The position numbers and the translations under genes are program-made. The notes under the pieces are model-generated. The model was not told where the DNA came from, did not search any database, and was given only the letters and a program-made list of their open reading frames with translations. A stretch of DNA of 62,189 nt, the filler included. It is 3 parts of 3 records of this genome, joined end to end, with 100 filler letters (N's around TTAATTAATTAA, not from the genome) between each part and the next. Parts side by side here need not be neighbours in the genome. Positions count along the whole stretch, not along the records: positions 1 to 29,219 come from SRR22947725_2302; 2 more parts are not named here. One strand, given 5' to 3'. This document shows positions 18,558 through 29,219 of the stretch, piece by piece (the stretch's first letter is position 1; every line of letters starts with the position of its first letter).

Positions 18558-20981
18558 ATGCGTATCCTATTCACAATTACATTTCTTTATGCTATAGGGG
18601 CGAATTTTTTGCATTCACAAACGGTTTCGGTAACGGTCGGAAAATCTCCGACAATAGGAGGAACTGTGTATCAACCTTACTATACTGCCGACCCTGGCGG
18701 AGGAACTGCCTATACCTTTCAAAATTCTCTTGGACAATATTACTCACTCTGGTACACAACAAATCAATATGTTACGGTAAATGCCTCAGTTTATATTCAG
18801 GCGGTTCCCGCAATTGGATATTACTTTTCTGGTTGGACTGGGGATGTGAATGGCACATCAAACCCAATTGCAGTAACCGCTACTGAAGATCTCAATGTAA
18901 CGGCCAATTTTGAACTGCTCACCTTTACAGTTTCATCTGAAGTGATTGGCGAGGGAAATGTTTCCGGTGCAGGTTCCTATTCCTACGGTTCTTTAGCTAA
19001 CCTTACTGCAAATAACTCATCCACCACTACTTTTTTAGGGTGGGATACAAACAACACCACAGATGGGAACTGGTCTTCTGCTTATCTCGGGTACTACCTC
19101 AATCAAACCACTCCACTAAGCGTTCAAATCACTCAGGATGTAAATTATAAAGCTTATTTCAGTCCCAATGTTTACCTGGCTGACACCAACCTCACCACTT
19201 CTCTTGAAGCATTTATAGTCAGCGATCCTAACCCATTATATTTTTCAGGTATTCCCCTCACCAAAAATCCTGCAAAGATGACCCAAGCTCATCTCGAAGG
19301 GCTCACCTATTTCACGGCACCAAAGAATGGAAGAATCATTCGGAATCTAGAAGGTATTCAATTCGCAAAAAACCTTCAATCTCTGATTATAAAGGAGAAT
19401 GGAATAAGTGATATAACGCCCCTTCTCAATATTGGAAGCATTACCACTTTGGATTTGAGCGGGGGGAGTACCATTTCTTCACTGGAGGGAATCGAAAAAC
19501 TTTCATCGCTTCAATATCTGTACCTCAACAAACATCGAATTTCAAGCCTCTCCCCTCTCGCAAAATTACCTTATTTATATTATTTAAAAATAAAAGAAAA
19601 CTTCCTCGACCTTTCAGATGTGGCGACACAAGGCGAAATAAGTGCTCTGAGACAGTATGCATTCGTTGAAGTTGAACAACAAATCCCTGTTCCCGTTCAA
19701 AACCTTTCGGTGGGGATGACATCGATCAAAGAAAAACTAAAACTCGACTCCACCGACCCCCAGGCCAATTTTGTTTATGCCTTTGAACTCCTCCTTAATC
19801 TAGTTGAGGATAACAGTACAAACTCTCTTAAAGCACTTGCTCTTGCACTGGGTGCAAATCAAGAAATTGGCTCTTTCTCGCTTCCCGACATTTGGTTGGA
19901 AGGTTTACACTACGGAAATAATATCAATCCAACTTTTCAATTTAATGAAATTCAAACTTACCTTCAGGACACCTTTGTTGTTACCCTTGAGATTGCCAAC
20001 CTCTACCTGGCTCAAATTCCGGCTAGTACAACCTACATTACACTGACTCAAGATTTTACTGGTTTAGAACAGGTGCTTTATGCTGACATGGGAGATGTCT
20101 TATTACTCAAGTCTATCATTAAGGCATTGATTGGTGCCTCTCAAGTAATCATGAGTTATGAATGGCCAATGAATGGCTTTACCGCGAAGCAAATGCACGA
20201 TACAGGCATGGTCAATTTAGAATCACTTTTTGATTCTTCTAGCCAGTTCGGCTCGCTTAAAAAGAAGAATTTTCTTGCTGAATCAAAGGCAAATATTAAG
20301 GACGCAATTACTTTTTATAAAAGTGCATCCGAATACCTAAGATACAGGATCACGGAAAAAAGGTTTTTTAATTTGGACAGTTCTGACCTTTCCAGGGAGG
20401 AAAGGTTTCGTAATGATTTAGACGATGTAATTATCTCGCTCGATTATCGAATCGACCTGAATAATTCTGAGACTCAAAACGATGTGTTACATTTAAAGAA
20501 TTTCTTTCTTGGAAAAGTGGACCTGTCTGACTCCATGCCCTCACCGGTGGGCAACAAATTTGAATCCTCAATAGTCAAGGACCCTACCTTTGGGGGAGTG
20601 GTTCCCTTTTGGACGGCAGAAACTCTCAAACAACAGTTGGAGCAGGCAAACCTAGTTTCCTCCGACGCAATCGAAGGTGTGACCGAAGTGAAAAATGCCC
20701 CGAACTGGAAGCAGTCTAATTGGCTCGGTTACTTTTATATCCCTACGCGCAAAGACAATAGCAAATTTTGGATGTATCATTCAAAACTCGGCTGGGTTTA
20801 TCTGTCCTCGACCACTCCTTCTGATATTTGGCTCTTCCAGCAATCTTCGAATGCATGGCTTTGGACAAAAAAATCATCCTTCCCCTACCTCTACAAACAA
20901 TCTGAAAAGACCTGGTACTACCTCCTTGAATCGGGGAAAATGATTAAATGGAATGGTAAAGAATGGGAGCAAGGTCTCTAG
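18558..20981 (+). CDS. Secreted/surface protein: InlB B-repeat-like modules, internalin-type LRRs, helical region, Trp-rich C-terminal domain
   Basis: Signal peptide; A.P..GY.FSGWTGD repeats; LRRs LEGIQFAKNLQSL.../LEGIEKLSSLQYLYL...; C-terminal WKQSNWLG...WMYHSKLGWVY...WLWT...FPYLY. Confidence 0.8.
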   Translation: MRILFTITFLYAIGANFLHSQTVSVTVGKSPTIGGTVYQPYYTADPGGGTAYTFQNSLGQYYSLWYTTNQYVTVNASVYIQAVPAIGYYFSGWTGDVNGTSNPIAVTATEDLNVTANFELLTFTVSSEVIGEGNVSGAGSYSYGSLANLTANNSSTTTFLGWDTNNTTDGNWSSAYLGYYLNQTTPLSVQITQDVNYKAYFSPNVYLADTNLTTSLEAFIVSDPNPLYFSGIPLTKNPAKMTQAHLEGLTYFTAPKNGRIIRNLEGIQFAKNLQSLIIKENGISDITPLLNIGSITTLDLSGGSTISSLEGIEKLSSLQYLYLNKHRISSLSPLAKLPYLYYLKIKENFLDLSDVATQGEISALRQYAFVEVEQQIPVPVQNLSVGMTSIKEKLKLDSTDPQANFVYAFELLLNLVEDNSTNSLKALALALGANQEIGSFSLPDIWLEGLHYGNNINPTFQFNEIQTYLQDTFVVTLEIANLYLAQIPASTTYITLTQDFTGLEQVLYADMGDVLLLKSIIKALIGASQVIMSYEWPMNGFTAKQMHDTGMVNLESLFDSSSQFGSLKKKNFLAESKANIKDAITFYKSASEYLRYRITEKRFFNLDSSDLSREERFRNDLDDVIISLDYRIDLNNSETQNDVLHLKNFFLGKVDLSDSMPSPVGNKFESSIVKDPTFGGVVPFWTAETLKQQLEQANLVSSDAIEGVTEVKNAPNWKQSNWLGYFYIPTRKDNSKFWMYHSKLGWVYLSSTTPSDIWLFQQSSNAWLWTKKSSFPYLYKQSEKTWYYLLESGKMIKWNGKEWEQGL

Positions 20982-21011
20982 GTTCTAGAACTACTTACGA
21001 GTGTAAATAAA

Positions 21012-21623
21012 GTGAGATTTACTCAATCCACACAATTAAAAAAAAGGTTTTACCTTTTTGTTCTGTTCTGTCTTCTAACGGTTTCAATGCTCGCAAATAT
21101 TCATCGGTTCTCGGAGTTTAAAAACTTCAATTCTACCTATTACAATAGCGAGACTGGAAAACCAGCATTGAGCTTTTACTTCAAGGAAATTTCTAAGGAA
21201 TCTCCCAGGATTGGATTCTTCAAATTTTCAATTCCGTTTTTCTATGTGGAAGACCTAATTGTAAAAATAGAAATGGAAAATATGGAAAGTCAAAGCCTGA
21301 TAAAGGATATTAAAGAATATCATAAAAAACAGGCGATTCGTTTTTTGCAGGCAAGAAATGTCAAAGTTCAATTTCATCTAAAAGGAGAAAATAATCTTTT
21401 TATTTCTGCAAACTCTATGAAATTAAGAAATAATGGGCGTTATCATTTTGGGGGGAATGTAAAAGTTAAGATTAACAGCAAAATTTCCGAATTTTCTTCC
21501 TTATCGCTTATTTTTTCAAAAGGAAATGAACCCTATTCTTTAACCAATCAGAATGAGCAAACTGTGCTCAACATATTTGAATCTTTCCATTCCATAGAAT
21601 CTGAAGTACTTTCTAAACCATGA
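21012..21623 (+). CDS. Hypothetical protein with N-terminal membrane/signal segment
   Basis: 203-aa ORF; its stop overlaps the next ATG (ATGA coupling). Confidence 0.6.
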   Translation: MRFTQSTQLKKRFYLFVLFCLLTVSMLANIHRFSEFKNFNSTYYNSETGKPALSFYFKEISKESPRIGFFKFSIPFFYVEDLIVKIEMENMESQSLIKDIKEYHKKQAIRFLQARNVKVQFHLKGENNLFISANSMKLRNNGRYHFGGNVKVKINSKISEFSSLSLIFSKGNEPYSLTNQNEQTVLNIFESFHSIESEVLSKP

Positions 21624-21892
21624 AAAGTTCCTTTGAATTAGCCATGGAAAGAATGGGGGGTAGTAGCTCCGCTTTGTCCGATGATCAGAAAAAAATTATT
21701 GCGGAGATTGACTCCAAGTACAAAGCAAAGATTGCAGAGAGGAAAATCTTTCTCGAAAAGAGCATATCAGATGCTCTGCAAAAAGACCTGCATGAAGAGG
21801 TCGATACCCTTCGTAAGCAGGTTGCAGAAGAGATTAGCTCACTTGAAAATAAAGCGGAAAACGAAAAGGAAAAAATTCACGAGCAAAATTAA
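21620..21892 (+). CDS. Conserved hypothetical coiled-coil protein
   Basis: MKSSFELAMER N-terminus followed by a charged helical body; translationally coupled to the upstream gene. Confidence 0.75.
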   Translation: MKSSFELAMERMGGSSSALSDDQKKIIAEIDSKYKAKIAERKIFLEKSISDALQKDLHEEVDTLRKQVAEEISSLENKAENEKEKIHEQN

Positions 21893-21920
21893 TCCACTCG
21901 GATTGTCGGCCGCTTCTAAG

Positions 21921-22844
21921 TTAGGCCGCTTTTGCTTTCCGATATGATATAATGTAGAGCATTGCTAATGGCACTCCATAATCTCCCCAACGCTCAATCC
22001 ATTCGAAAATATTGACAATCCCCATCCCTGCAACGGTATCCGCGGGGACATATAGAAACTCAGTAAAAATCTTCCATCCCAAGGCAAGGAAAATCAGCGG
22101 GCGGAATGGAGCAATAAAAACTAACACTCCCAAGGCAAATTCAGCATACCCCACTTGGGTAATAAATCCTACATCTGCATTGACTCCGATCGATTGCCAA
22201 TGATCGATAAGCATTTTCTTCTCTACCGCAAAGCCAAACCCTGCATGCCCAATAAGGAGTAATGCAAGGCAAGTTTTCAATAAAAAGAAAATAGTATCAA
22301 TGGTGGAATCCTTGAGCTCGGGTTCCTTATAAGGAGTTACTAAATCTTTACCAGTTAATGTAAACGCTCCGGCCATAACCAATAGAATGAATGGAGGTCC
22401 CCAATTCCCTGCCCTTTCCCAAAATTCCCATGTTTGCATTTTTGCCACCCTCATCGATTCAGTAGCCAACTGGACAACCCATTCACCATCTACTTGAATC
22501 TTTTCTAGATTACCAGCAAGGGGTCGTAAAATTGCAGTCCACAAGGCCCATAAAAACATCCAAATCAAGACCGTACGGTTTGGCTTTCGTAACAATATGA
22601 CCGCCATTAAAATATCAAACAGGCCAATTAATGGTTGTAACTTCCAAGCAATCTCAGGCTCAATTCCTTGCGAGGCAAAGAAAGGAAGCCAACCTGACTT
22701 GGTAATTATTCCCCAGGTGCCATGTCCAATAAAGCACAATGCTGCAGTGATTCGTAAGGTCCAATGTAACTGAGTTTGTAGGGTATCCTTATTACCAGAG
22801 TGTGAAGAAAATAATCCGTGGAGGAAGAACTCGTGTGCTTTCAT
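21921..22844 (-). CDS. Internally duplicated membrane protein (DoxX-like)
   Basis: Two homologous halves, each with IGH(G/A) and (W/F)E(F/W).ER.G.(W/Y)G.P. Confidence 0.7.
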   Translation of the reverse strand: MKAHEFFLHGLFSSHSGNKDTLQTQLHWTLRITAALCFIGHGTWGIITKSGWLPFFASQGIEPEIAWKLQPLIGLFDILMAVILLRKPNRTVLIWMFLWALWTAILRPLAGNLEKIQVDGEWVVQLATESMRVAKMQTWEFWERAGNWGPPFILLVMAGAFTLTGKDLVTPYKEPELKDSTIDTIFFLLKTCLALLLIGHAGFGFAVEKKMLIDHWQSIGVNADVGFITQVGYAEFALGVLVFIAPFRPLIFLALGWKIFTEFLYVPADTVAGMGIVNIFEWIERWGDYGVPLAMLYIISYRKAKAA

Positions 22845-22933
22845 AAGTAATTCTTAATTGGATAATAAATTTAAGTAAAGACGATAGATCAATCGGAGTT
22901 GACTCAATAAGGCCATCCTAGATATTCAAAAGG

Positions 22934-24190
22934 ATGTCATTTTACTACAGTACTGTCTCAATGCGCATTCTTGCATGCGTAGCTTTTTTGATCAATATCG
23001 CACTTCCCACATCTGCACAAATAAAGGAAGAAACTTGTGAGAAACTAAAAAACATCGGAAAGTTTTATGAAAACCCTGAGTCCAGCAGTTTGCAAAGTGC
23101 AAAACTTTTTCTTTCCTATCAACACCAGATTGGCTACATCGATGGAGCAGACAAGAGGGGAAAGAATTTCAATGATGACTTTGAGGAATTCCGAAGGTTT
23201 TGGATGGGAATATCCGGTAAATGGGGAAGCTACTGGAAGTTTAAAGTAGTAAGCCAATTATCAAACGACCGGCATAATTATCCAGCAAGTAAGGGGGGGG
23301 CTTATCGACAATGGGGACATGAAACTTTTCGTGCTGCCAACATTACTTTTGATGCCGATAAATTTTGGGATTTCGAAAACATTGATGCCATGGAAATCGG
23401 CTATGGTAGAAGAACTGGAAGGATGGCCGATGAATGGCAACGATCTTCCACCATGATTAATTGTCTGGAACGTTCTTCTTTTTCTAATAAGCTTTGGCTC
23501 TACGATAAAGAAAAGGGAAACCCCTTAGCGGCATGGGTTAAATGGAAAGCTGGTACTAACACATTTGATGCCGCGGTTTTTTCCGGAACTTATGACGATT
23601 ATATTGGTGGGTGGAAAGACAGTAAGGTTTACTATGGCTCATGGTTGGGGGATTTCTCAGAGCAAAGCTCTTATCAATTGCATGAATATTGGCTCTCCTA
23701 TTACAAACAAGATGGAAATTTAAACCAAGATCAGTTGGCAGGTGGAAATGATTGGGCTCTTTCCCTTGTGAACCGTATTGGCGACGGTTCATGGGCATTT
23801 CATTCGACCCTTGCATTTGGAAATAACGGAGATCAGGCGAATGCCGATCGAGAGGGAGATTTTGGCGGTCTAGTGCTCATGCCTATGTATTGGCTAAAGG
23901 AAGATAAGCTCAAACTAGTGGGACGCTATCTGTTCCAGCAGTCAGACCAAAAGGAAGGCCTCCAGTTAAACAGTCGTTATGCCCCCCTTGCGGATTCTCG
24001 TGATAGTGCGATCGATCTTAATAATGGCAGAGGCGATAAACACCATGCCTTTTATCTCGGACTAAATTATTATTTATGCGGGGAAAACCTTAAACTTATT
24101 ACCGGTATTCAACACGATGAGCTTAGCTCCCATGGAGCAAACCAATATCGTGGGTGGACATTGGGTTCAAGTTTTCGAATTTGGTTCTGA
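22934..24190 (+). CDS. Outer membrane porin, OprO/OprP (phosphate-selective porin)-like
   Basis: Signal peptide; EFRRFWMG, ERS..SN, YLGLNYYLCGENLK; terminal FRIWF. Confidence 0.8.
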   Translation: MSFYYSTVSMRILACVAFLINIALPTSAQIKEETCEKLKNIGKFYENPESSSLQSAKLFLSYQHQIGYIDGADKRGKNFNDDFEEFRRFWMGISGKWGSYWKFKVVSQLSNDRHNYPASKGGAYRQWGHETFRAANITFDADKFWDFENIDAMEIGYGRRTGRMADEWQRSSTMINCLERSSFSNKLWLYDKEKGNPLAAWVKWKAGTNTFDAAVFSGTYDDYIGGWKDSKVYYGSWLGDFSEQSSYQLHEYWLSYYKQDGNLNQDQLAGGNDWALSLVNRIGDGSWAFHSTLAFGNNGDQANADREGDFGGLVLMPMYWLKEDKLKLVGRYLFQQSDQKEGLQLNSRYAPLADSRDSAIDLNNGRGDKHHAFYLGLNYYLCGENLKLITGIQHDELSSHGANQYRGWTLGSSFRIWF

Positions 24191-24368
24191 GCATACATTA
24201 ATTTTTGTCAGTATTTTTAAATTCTACATAGATCAAAAGAAAGCGAATCAGGTTAGAGCAAATAAACTTCTTTTATTATCTATAATTCGCCTGCTTCGGT
24301 TGTTTTATAATAATATTTAGATTTTGTAATGGTTCTTTTACCCCAAAAATGGGTATAGTATTCTTGCT

Positions 24369-24818
24369 ATGAAATCTCATGAAGTTTTAAAACAATCCGT
24401 AGAGGATGTGGGGGTTAAAACCATTGCATCAGACTTGGGGGTTTCTCCTTCCCTTCTTTACAAATGGTGCCAACCTGGGGATGAACCGACTGACAGCGGT
24501 GCTACTAACCCTCTCGACCGCTTAGCGAAAATCTTCGAAGCCACAGGGGACGAACAAATTATTTCCTGGCTGTGTCAAAAAGCAGACGGATTTTATTGCC
24601 CCAATCCAAGCACCGAAAAAGATCCAAATAAAGACTTATTTGCACATACACAAAAATTAGTCCGTGAATTTTCCGACCTCCTTCAAGTCGTATCCCAAAG
24701 CAACAAAAACGACAGCAAGATTTGTGCTGAGGATAGCAAAAAAATTCGCAAAGAATGGGAGGAACTAAAGGGAGTGGGAGAATCATTTGTTCATGCCTGC
24801 GAACAGGGGTTGTTTTAA
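24369..24818 (+). CDS. HTH protein, phage regulatory CII-like family
   Basis: HTH GVKTIASDLGVSPSLLYKW; NPLDRL; C-terminal helices with ..I..E...IRKEWEELK. Confidence 0.65.
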   Translation: MKSHEVLKQSVEDVGVKTIASDLGVSPSLLYKWCQPGDEPTDSGATNPLDRLAKIFEATGDEQIISWLCQKADGFYCPNPSTEKDPNKDLFAHTQKLVREFSDLLQVVSQSNKNDSKICAEDSKKIRKEWEELKGVGESFVHACEQGLF

Positions 24819-25141
24819 AAGGTTAATGCCTAAATTGCCCTAATTCATTTGGGAAAAATACATCGCTACTTCGGTAATAATCAACCACTCTTTCAAACGC
24901 TCCTCAACAAGGGAACCTGAAATGAATAGTTTTGGTTCATTTTCATTCCTAGAAGAGCCGATGGCCATATTCTTGTGAGGAATAAATTATTCAAACTATT
25001 GATTTTCTGTACTGCAGTAACCTTTATTTCTTAAGAGTTTTTTTGTTTTTAAGAATAAGGTTTTTTTTAAACATTTATTCGAAAGATGTTTGCAGGCACC
25101 CACGAATGCAGTAAGGATATATCACTTAATTTACTTTAAAT

Positions 25142-27370
25142 ATGTCCTCTGCATCCAACATTATATACACTAAAACCGACGAGGCCCCCGCACTCGCGAC
25201 TTACTCTCTTCTGCCCATTCTTCGTGCTTTCACATCGTTCAGTGGCGTGCATTTTCAATCGAAAGATATTTCCCTCGCTGGTCGTATCCTGGCTCATTTC
25301 CCTGACTACCTTTCGGAAAATCAGCGCATTCCAGATGTACTTGCTGAGCTGGGAGAACTTGCCAGCCAACCAGAAGCTAACATTATCAAGCTTCCTAATA
25401 TCAGTGCCTCTATACCACAGCTCAAAGAGGCGATACTGGAACTTCAGGGAAAAGGATTCGCCATCCCTGATTTTCCTGATGACCCACAAACCGATGAAGA
25501 TAAATCCATTCGCTCTCGCTACTCCAAAGTCCTCGGCTCTGCGGTAAACCCTGTGCTACGAGAGGGGAATTCCGACCGACGCGTGGCTAAACCGGTCAAG
25601 GAATACGCCCAAAAGAATCCTCATTCAATGGGTCCTTGGCAAGCAGAGTCCAAGACTCATGTTTCTCACATGAAGTCAGGCGACTTCTACGGAAGTGAGC
25701 AATCTACGATCATCGATAAAGATCGGGTCGTCTCCATTGAATTTATCGATGCCAGTGGCGAGAAGAAGATACTCAAAGATCATTTATCATTACTCCAAGG
25801 TGAAGTAATTGACGCCTCAGTGATGAATCGTAATTCGCTTCGTTTATTCTTAGCAGAGCAATTAAAGGAAGCAAATGAACAGGGTGTGCTCTTTTCTCTC
25901 CATATGAAGGCCACCATGATGAAAGTTTCCGACCCAATTATCTTTGGACACTGTGTGGAAACATACCTAGGCGATCTTCTAGAGGACCACGCAGAAACTC
26001 TACAAAGCGCCGGATTCAACCCCAATAATGGACTTTCTGATTTTTACCGCATCCTTGATACACTTGATAAAAAAGATCAGTCAGATATTCGTGTAAAGCT
26101 CGATCAAATTATCAAGGAACGCCCTCCCCTTGCCATGGTTAATTCGGATAAGGGGATTACCAATCTCCATGTTCCCAGTGATGTGATTATCGATGCGTCC
26201 ATGCCCGCCATGATTCGTACTTCAGGACAAATGTGGGGACCAGATGGTAACCCCAAGGACACAAAAGCAGTAATCCCGGATCGTAATTACGCCGGAGTAT
26301 ATCAAGCAACCATCGATTTCTGTAAAGAGAATGGTGCATTTGATGTTACTACTATGGGCAATGTGGCCAACGTCGGATTGATGGCTAAAAAGGCAGAGGA
26401 ATATGGATCCCATGACAAGACTTTCGAAATTGAAAAAGCAGGTACTGTTCGTGTCGTAGGCGAAACGGGAAATGTGTTGCTTTCCCATGATGTGGAAACC
26501 GGAGACATATGGCGCATGTGCCAAACCAAAAAAATATCGATTATCGACTGGGTTAAACTTGCGGTAAACCGTTCAAAGTTGAGCGGTACTCCGGTCATTT
26601 TTTGGCTCGATGAGAAGCGGGCACACGATGCCAATTTGATCAGATATGTAAATGCCAAATTGACCACGCTGGAAACCGAAGGATTAGACATACAGATTCT
26701 TGCCCCGATTGAGGCAACTAAAGTCACATGCCAACGATGTAAAGACGGACTCGATACCATTTCCGTAACCGGTAATGTTTTGCGTGACTACCTTACTGAC
26801 CTCTTCCCCATTCTGGAGCTCGGAACAAGTGCAAAAATGCTCTCCATTGTCCCGCTACTCGCAGGAGGAGGATTATTTGAAACCGGAGCAGGTGGGTCAG
26901 CACCCAAGCATGTTCAGCAATTTGTAGAGGAAGGCCATTTGCGCTGGGATTCACTTGGTGAATTCTTGGCCATTGCAGTGTCGCTTGAAGACTTAGCAAA
27001 TAAAACCGGGAATTCAAAAGCACAGGTTTTAGCAGGCACACTAAACTCTGCCATCGGCCGGTTTCTAGATGAAGATAAATCACCATCCCGAAAAGTGAAT
27101 GAAATCGATAATCGCGGTAGTCATTTCTATCTCACACTTTTCTGGGCAGAAGCCCTGGCAGGGCAATCGGATGAGAGTGATCTTCAGTCTCAGTTTTCGG
27201 GATTAGCACAAACTCTTCGCGACAATGAAGAAAAGATAGCTCAGGAACTAATCGCTGCCCAGGGCAAACCAGTTGATTTGGACGGGTACTATCTCCCCAA
27301 TGTGGAGAAAGCTTCAGCCGCTATGCGACCAAGCCAAACCTTTAATCAGGCTTTGGATAACCTAGGCTAA
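25142..27370 (+). CDS. icd: Monomeric NADP-dependent isocitrate dehydrogenase
   Basis: [59 protein letters not shown]; 742 aa. Confidence 0.98.
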   Translation: MSSASNIIYTKTDEAPALATYSLLPILRAFTSFSGVHFQSKDISLAGRILAHFPDYLSENQRIPDVLAELGELASQPEANIIKLPNISASIPQLKEAILELQGKGFAIPDFPDDPQTDEDKSIRSRYSKVLGSAVNPVLREGNSDRRVAKPVKEYAQKNPHSMGPWQAESKTHVSHMKSGDFYGSEQSTIIDKDRVVSIEFIDASGEKKILKDHLSLLQGEVIDASVMNRNSLRLFLAEQLKEANEQGVLFSLHMKATMMKVSDPIIFGHCVETYLGDLLEDHAETLQSAGFNPNNGLSDFYRILDTLDKKDQSDIRVKLDQIIKERPPLAMVNSDKGITNLHVPSDVIIDASMPAMIRTSGQMWGPDGNPKDTKAVIPDRNYAGVYQATIDFCKENGAFDVTTMGNVANVGLMAKKAEEYGSHDKTFEIEKAGTVRVVGETGNVLLSHDVETGDIWRMCQTKKISIIDWVKLAVNRSKLSGTPVIFWLDEKRAHDANLIRYVNAKLTTLETEGLDIQILAPIEATKVTCQRCKDGLDTISVTGNVLRDYLTDLFPILELGTSAKMLSIVPLLAGGGLFETGAGGSAPKHVQQFVEEGHLRWDSLGEFLAIAVSLEDLANKTGNSKAQVLAGTLNSAIGRFLDEDKSPSRKVNEIDNRGSHFYLTLFWAEALAGQSDESDLQSQFSGLAQTLRDNEEKIAQELIAAQGKPVDLDGYYLPNVEKASAAMRPSQTFNQALDNLG

Positions 27371-27452
27371 GTTCCACTTAAATTCGAATTTCATTATTTG
27401 AAATCCTTTCTTAATCATTGCCAATATTCGACTATTGGTGTTGGGGTTTCAC

Positions 27453-29018
27453 ATGCCAAAAAAATCGGTTCTATTATCCTTTTTGCTTTCAAGTTTGTCG
27501 ATAGCTTGTATGGCAAGTCCACCCAATGTTCTGTTTATTCTTGTAGACGATATGGGGGCAAAAGACTTATCCAATGAAGGATCAGGTTTTTATGAAAGTC
27601 CGAATATTGACCGAATAGCCAACGGGGGAATGAAATTCACCCGGGGCTATGCCACCTGTCAGGTATGCAGTCCATCAAGGGCAAGTATTGTGACCGGAAA
27701 ATACCCGGTCAATCATGGCATCACCACCTGGATAGGAGATTCACCGGGAGAAGGATGGAGAAAGCGGGGAAGAAATGACAGTCACCTCCCACCCGAATAC
27801 GAGCGCAACTTGCGTCATTCCGAAATCACTCTTGCCGAAGCGATGAAAGACGCCGGTTACAAAACCTTCTTCGCCGGAAAGTGGCACCTGGGAAGCGAAG
27901 GTTCATGGCCGACCGACCATGGTTTTGATCTAAACAAAGGTGGATGGGATGTGGGTGGTCCACGGGGTGGGTTCTTTTCTCCCTACACAAACCCAAATCT
28001 TCAATCCGGAGCGGATGGGGAATCCCTCACGCGACGCCTCGGTCTGGAAACTGCAGACTTTATAGAAAAGAACAAAGATCAATCCTTCCTTGCCTTCCTG
28101 TCCTTCTACGCCGTTCATGCCCCTATTCAAACCACAGAAACACTGTGGAAAAAATATCGGAACAAAGCAGAAAAAATGGGGCTCATCAAAAACAAAGAAA
28201 GGTTCCTCTTCGATCGTCGTCTGAATGTACGTCAGGTACAGGACTGTCCGATCTATGCAGGAATGATCGAGCAACTCGATCTATCTATCGGTCTCGTACT
28301 GGCTAAGCTTGATGAACATGGCTTGGATGAGAACACCATCATTTGCTTTACCTCCGACAATGGAGGCGTTTCCTCCGGGGATGCCTATGCTACCTCAAAC
28401 TTACCCCTGCGCGGGGGTAAAGGTCGGCAGTGGGAAGGAGGAATTCGCGAACCTTTTTATATCAAGGCTCCCGGCATCACAAAGCCAGGCTCAATAGAAG
28501 CAACTCCAGTAAATGGAATCGACTGGTACCCTACCCTGCTTGAACTTTGCGGAATCGAATTCCCCAAAAAACAAAATTTGGACGGCGTCAGCCTTGTTCC
28601 TTTATTAAAAGGTAAAGCGATCAACGAGCGCCCACTTTACTGGCATTATCCACATTATGGAAACCAGGGAGGCGAACCCAGTTCGATCATTATGGAGGGT
28701 GACTGGAAACTCATTCATTATCATGAGGATAAAAGGAACGAACTTTATAATCTTGCTAATGATATTGGCGAGCAGAACGATCTGATCGCAAAGGAAAACA
28801 AGCGTGCCCAGCAAATGCGAAAAAAGTTGAACACTTGGATCAAACAAACCAATGCCCAATTTCCTAAGCCCGACCCCCAATTTGATTCCGTAAAGAGAGA
28901 CGCCCGTTGGAAAAATATTAAATCCTCAGGAAAGCAAGGATTGGAAAAACGTCACGCCACCTTTCTCGAACCGAACTACAAACCAAACAAGGATTGGTGG
29001 GGAAGCTCGGTCGATTAA
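27453..29018 (+). CDS. Cys-type formylglycine sulfatase (tentatively S1_16-like)
   Basis: Signal peptide; PNVLFILVDD, CSPSR, GKWHLG, SDNGG, EGGIR. Confidence 0.93.
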   Translation: MPKKSVLLSFLLSSLSIACMASPPNVLFILVDDMGAKDLSNEGSGFYESPNIDRIANGGMKFTRGYATCQVCSPSRASIVTGKYPVNHGITTWIGDSPGEGWRKRGRNDSHLPPEYERNLRHSEITLAEAMKDAGYKTFFAGKWHLGSEGSWPTDHGFDLNKGGWDVGGPRGGFFSPYTNPNLQSGADGESLTRRLGLETADFIEKNKDQSFLAFLSFYAVHAPIQTTETLWKKYRNKAEKMGLIKNKERFLFDRRLNVRQVQDCPIYAGMIEQLDLSIGLVLAKLDEHGLDENTIICFTSDNGGVSSGDAYATSNLPLRGGKGRQWEGGIREPFYIKAPGITKPGSIEATPVNGIDWYPTLLELCGIEFPKKQNLDGVSLVPLLKGKAINERPLYWHYPHYGNQGGEPSSIIMEGDWKLIHYHEDKRNELYNLANDIGEQNDLIAKENKRAQQMRKKLNTWIKQTNAQFPKPDPQFDSVKRDARWKNIKSSGKQGLEKRHATFLEPNYKPNKDWWGSSVD

Positions 29019-29055
29019 GCAAAAGATAATCGTTTTGTTTAATTGCACACTTTTT

Positions 29056-29181
29056 ATCATTACAGGGAAGAAACGCAAGTGAGCGAAACGGCAATCCATC
29101 GTGTCTCGAGTCACGTGGGTGAGTTGTCTATTCGCTTCCCGGTTCACAGTGGATCGCCACGGGCGAGGCCCTCGCGATGAC
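29056..29181. repeat. REP-like extragenic palindromic element at contig end
   Basis: GC-rich relative to its flanks. Arms GGCAATCCAT (29090-29099) and GTGGATCGCC (29149-29158) pair; outer ATCATTACAGGG resembles the reverse complement of CCCTCGCGATGAC; internal hairpin GGGC-gag-GCCC. Confidence 0.55.
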
Positions 29182-29219
29182 AAGGCGTAGAACGGAATGG
29201 TAGTGTACGGTTCGGTCAA

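Noticed and set aside
28926-29219. 97-aa minus-strand ORF at the contig end
   Set aside because: Overlaps the sulfatase 3' end and the palindromic element; no protein-like features.
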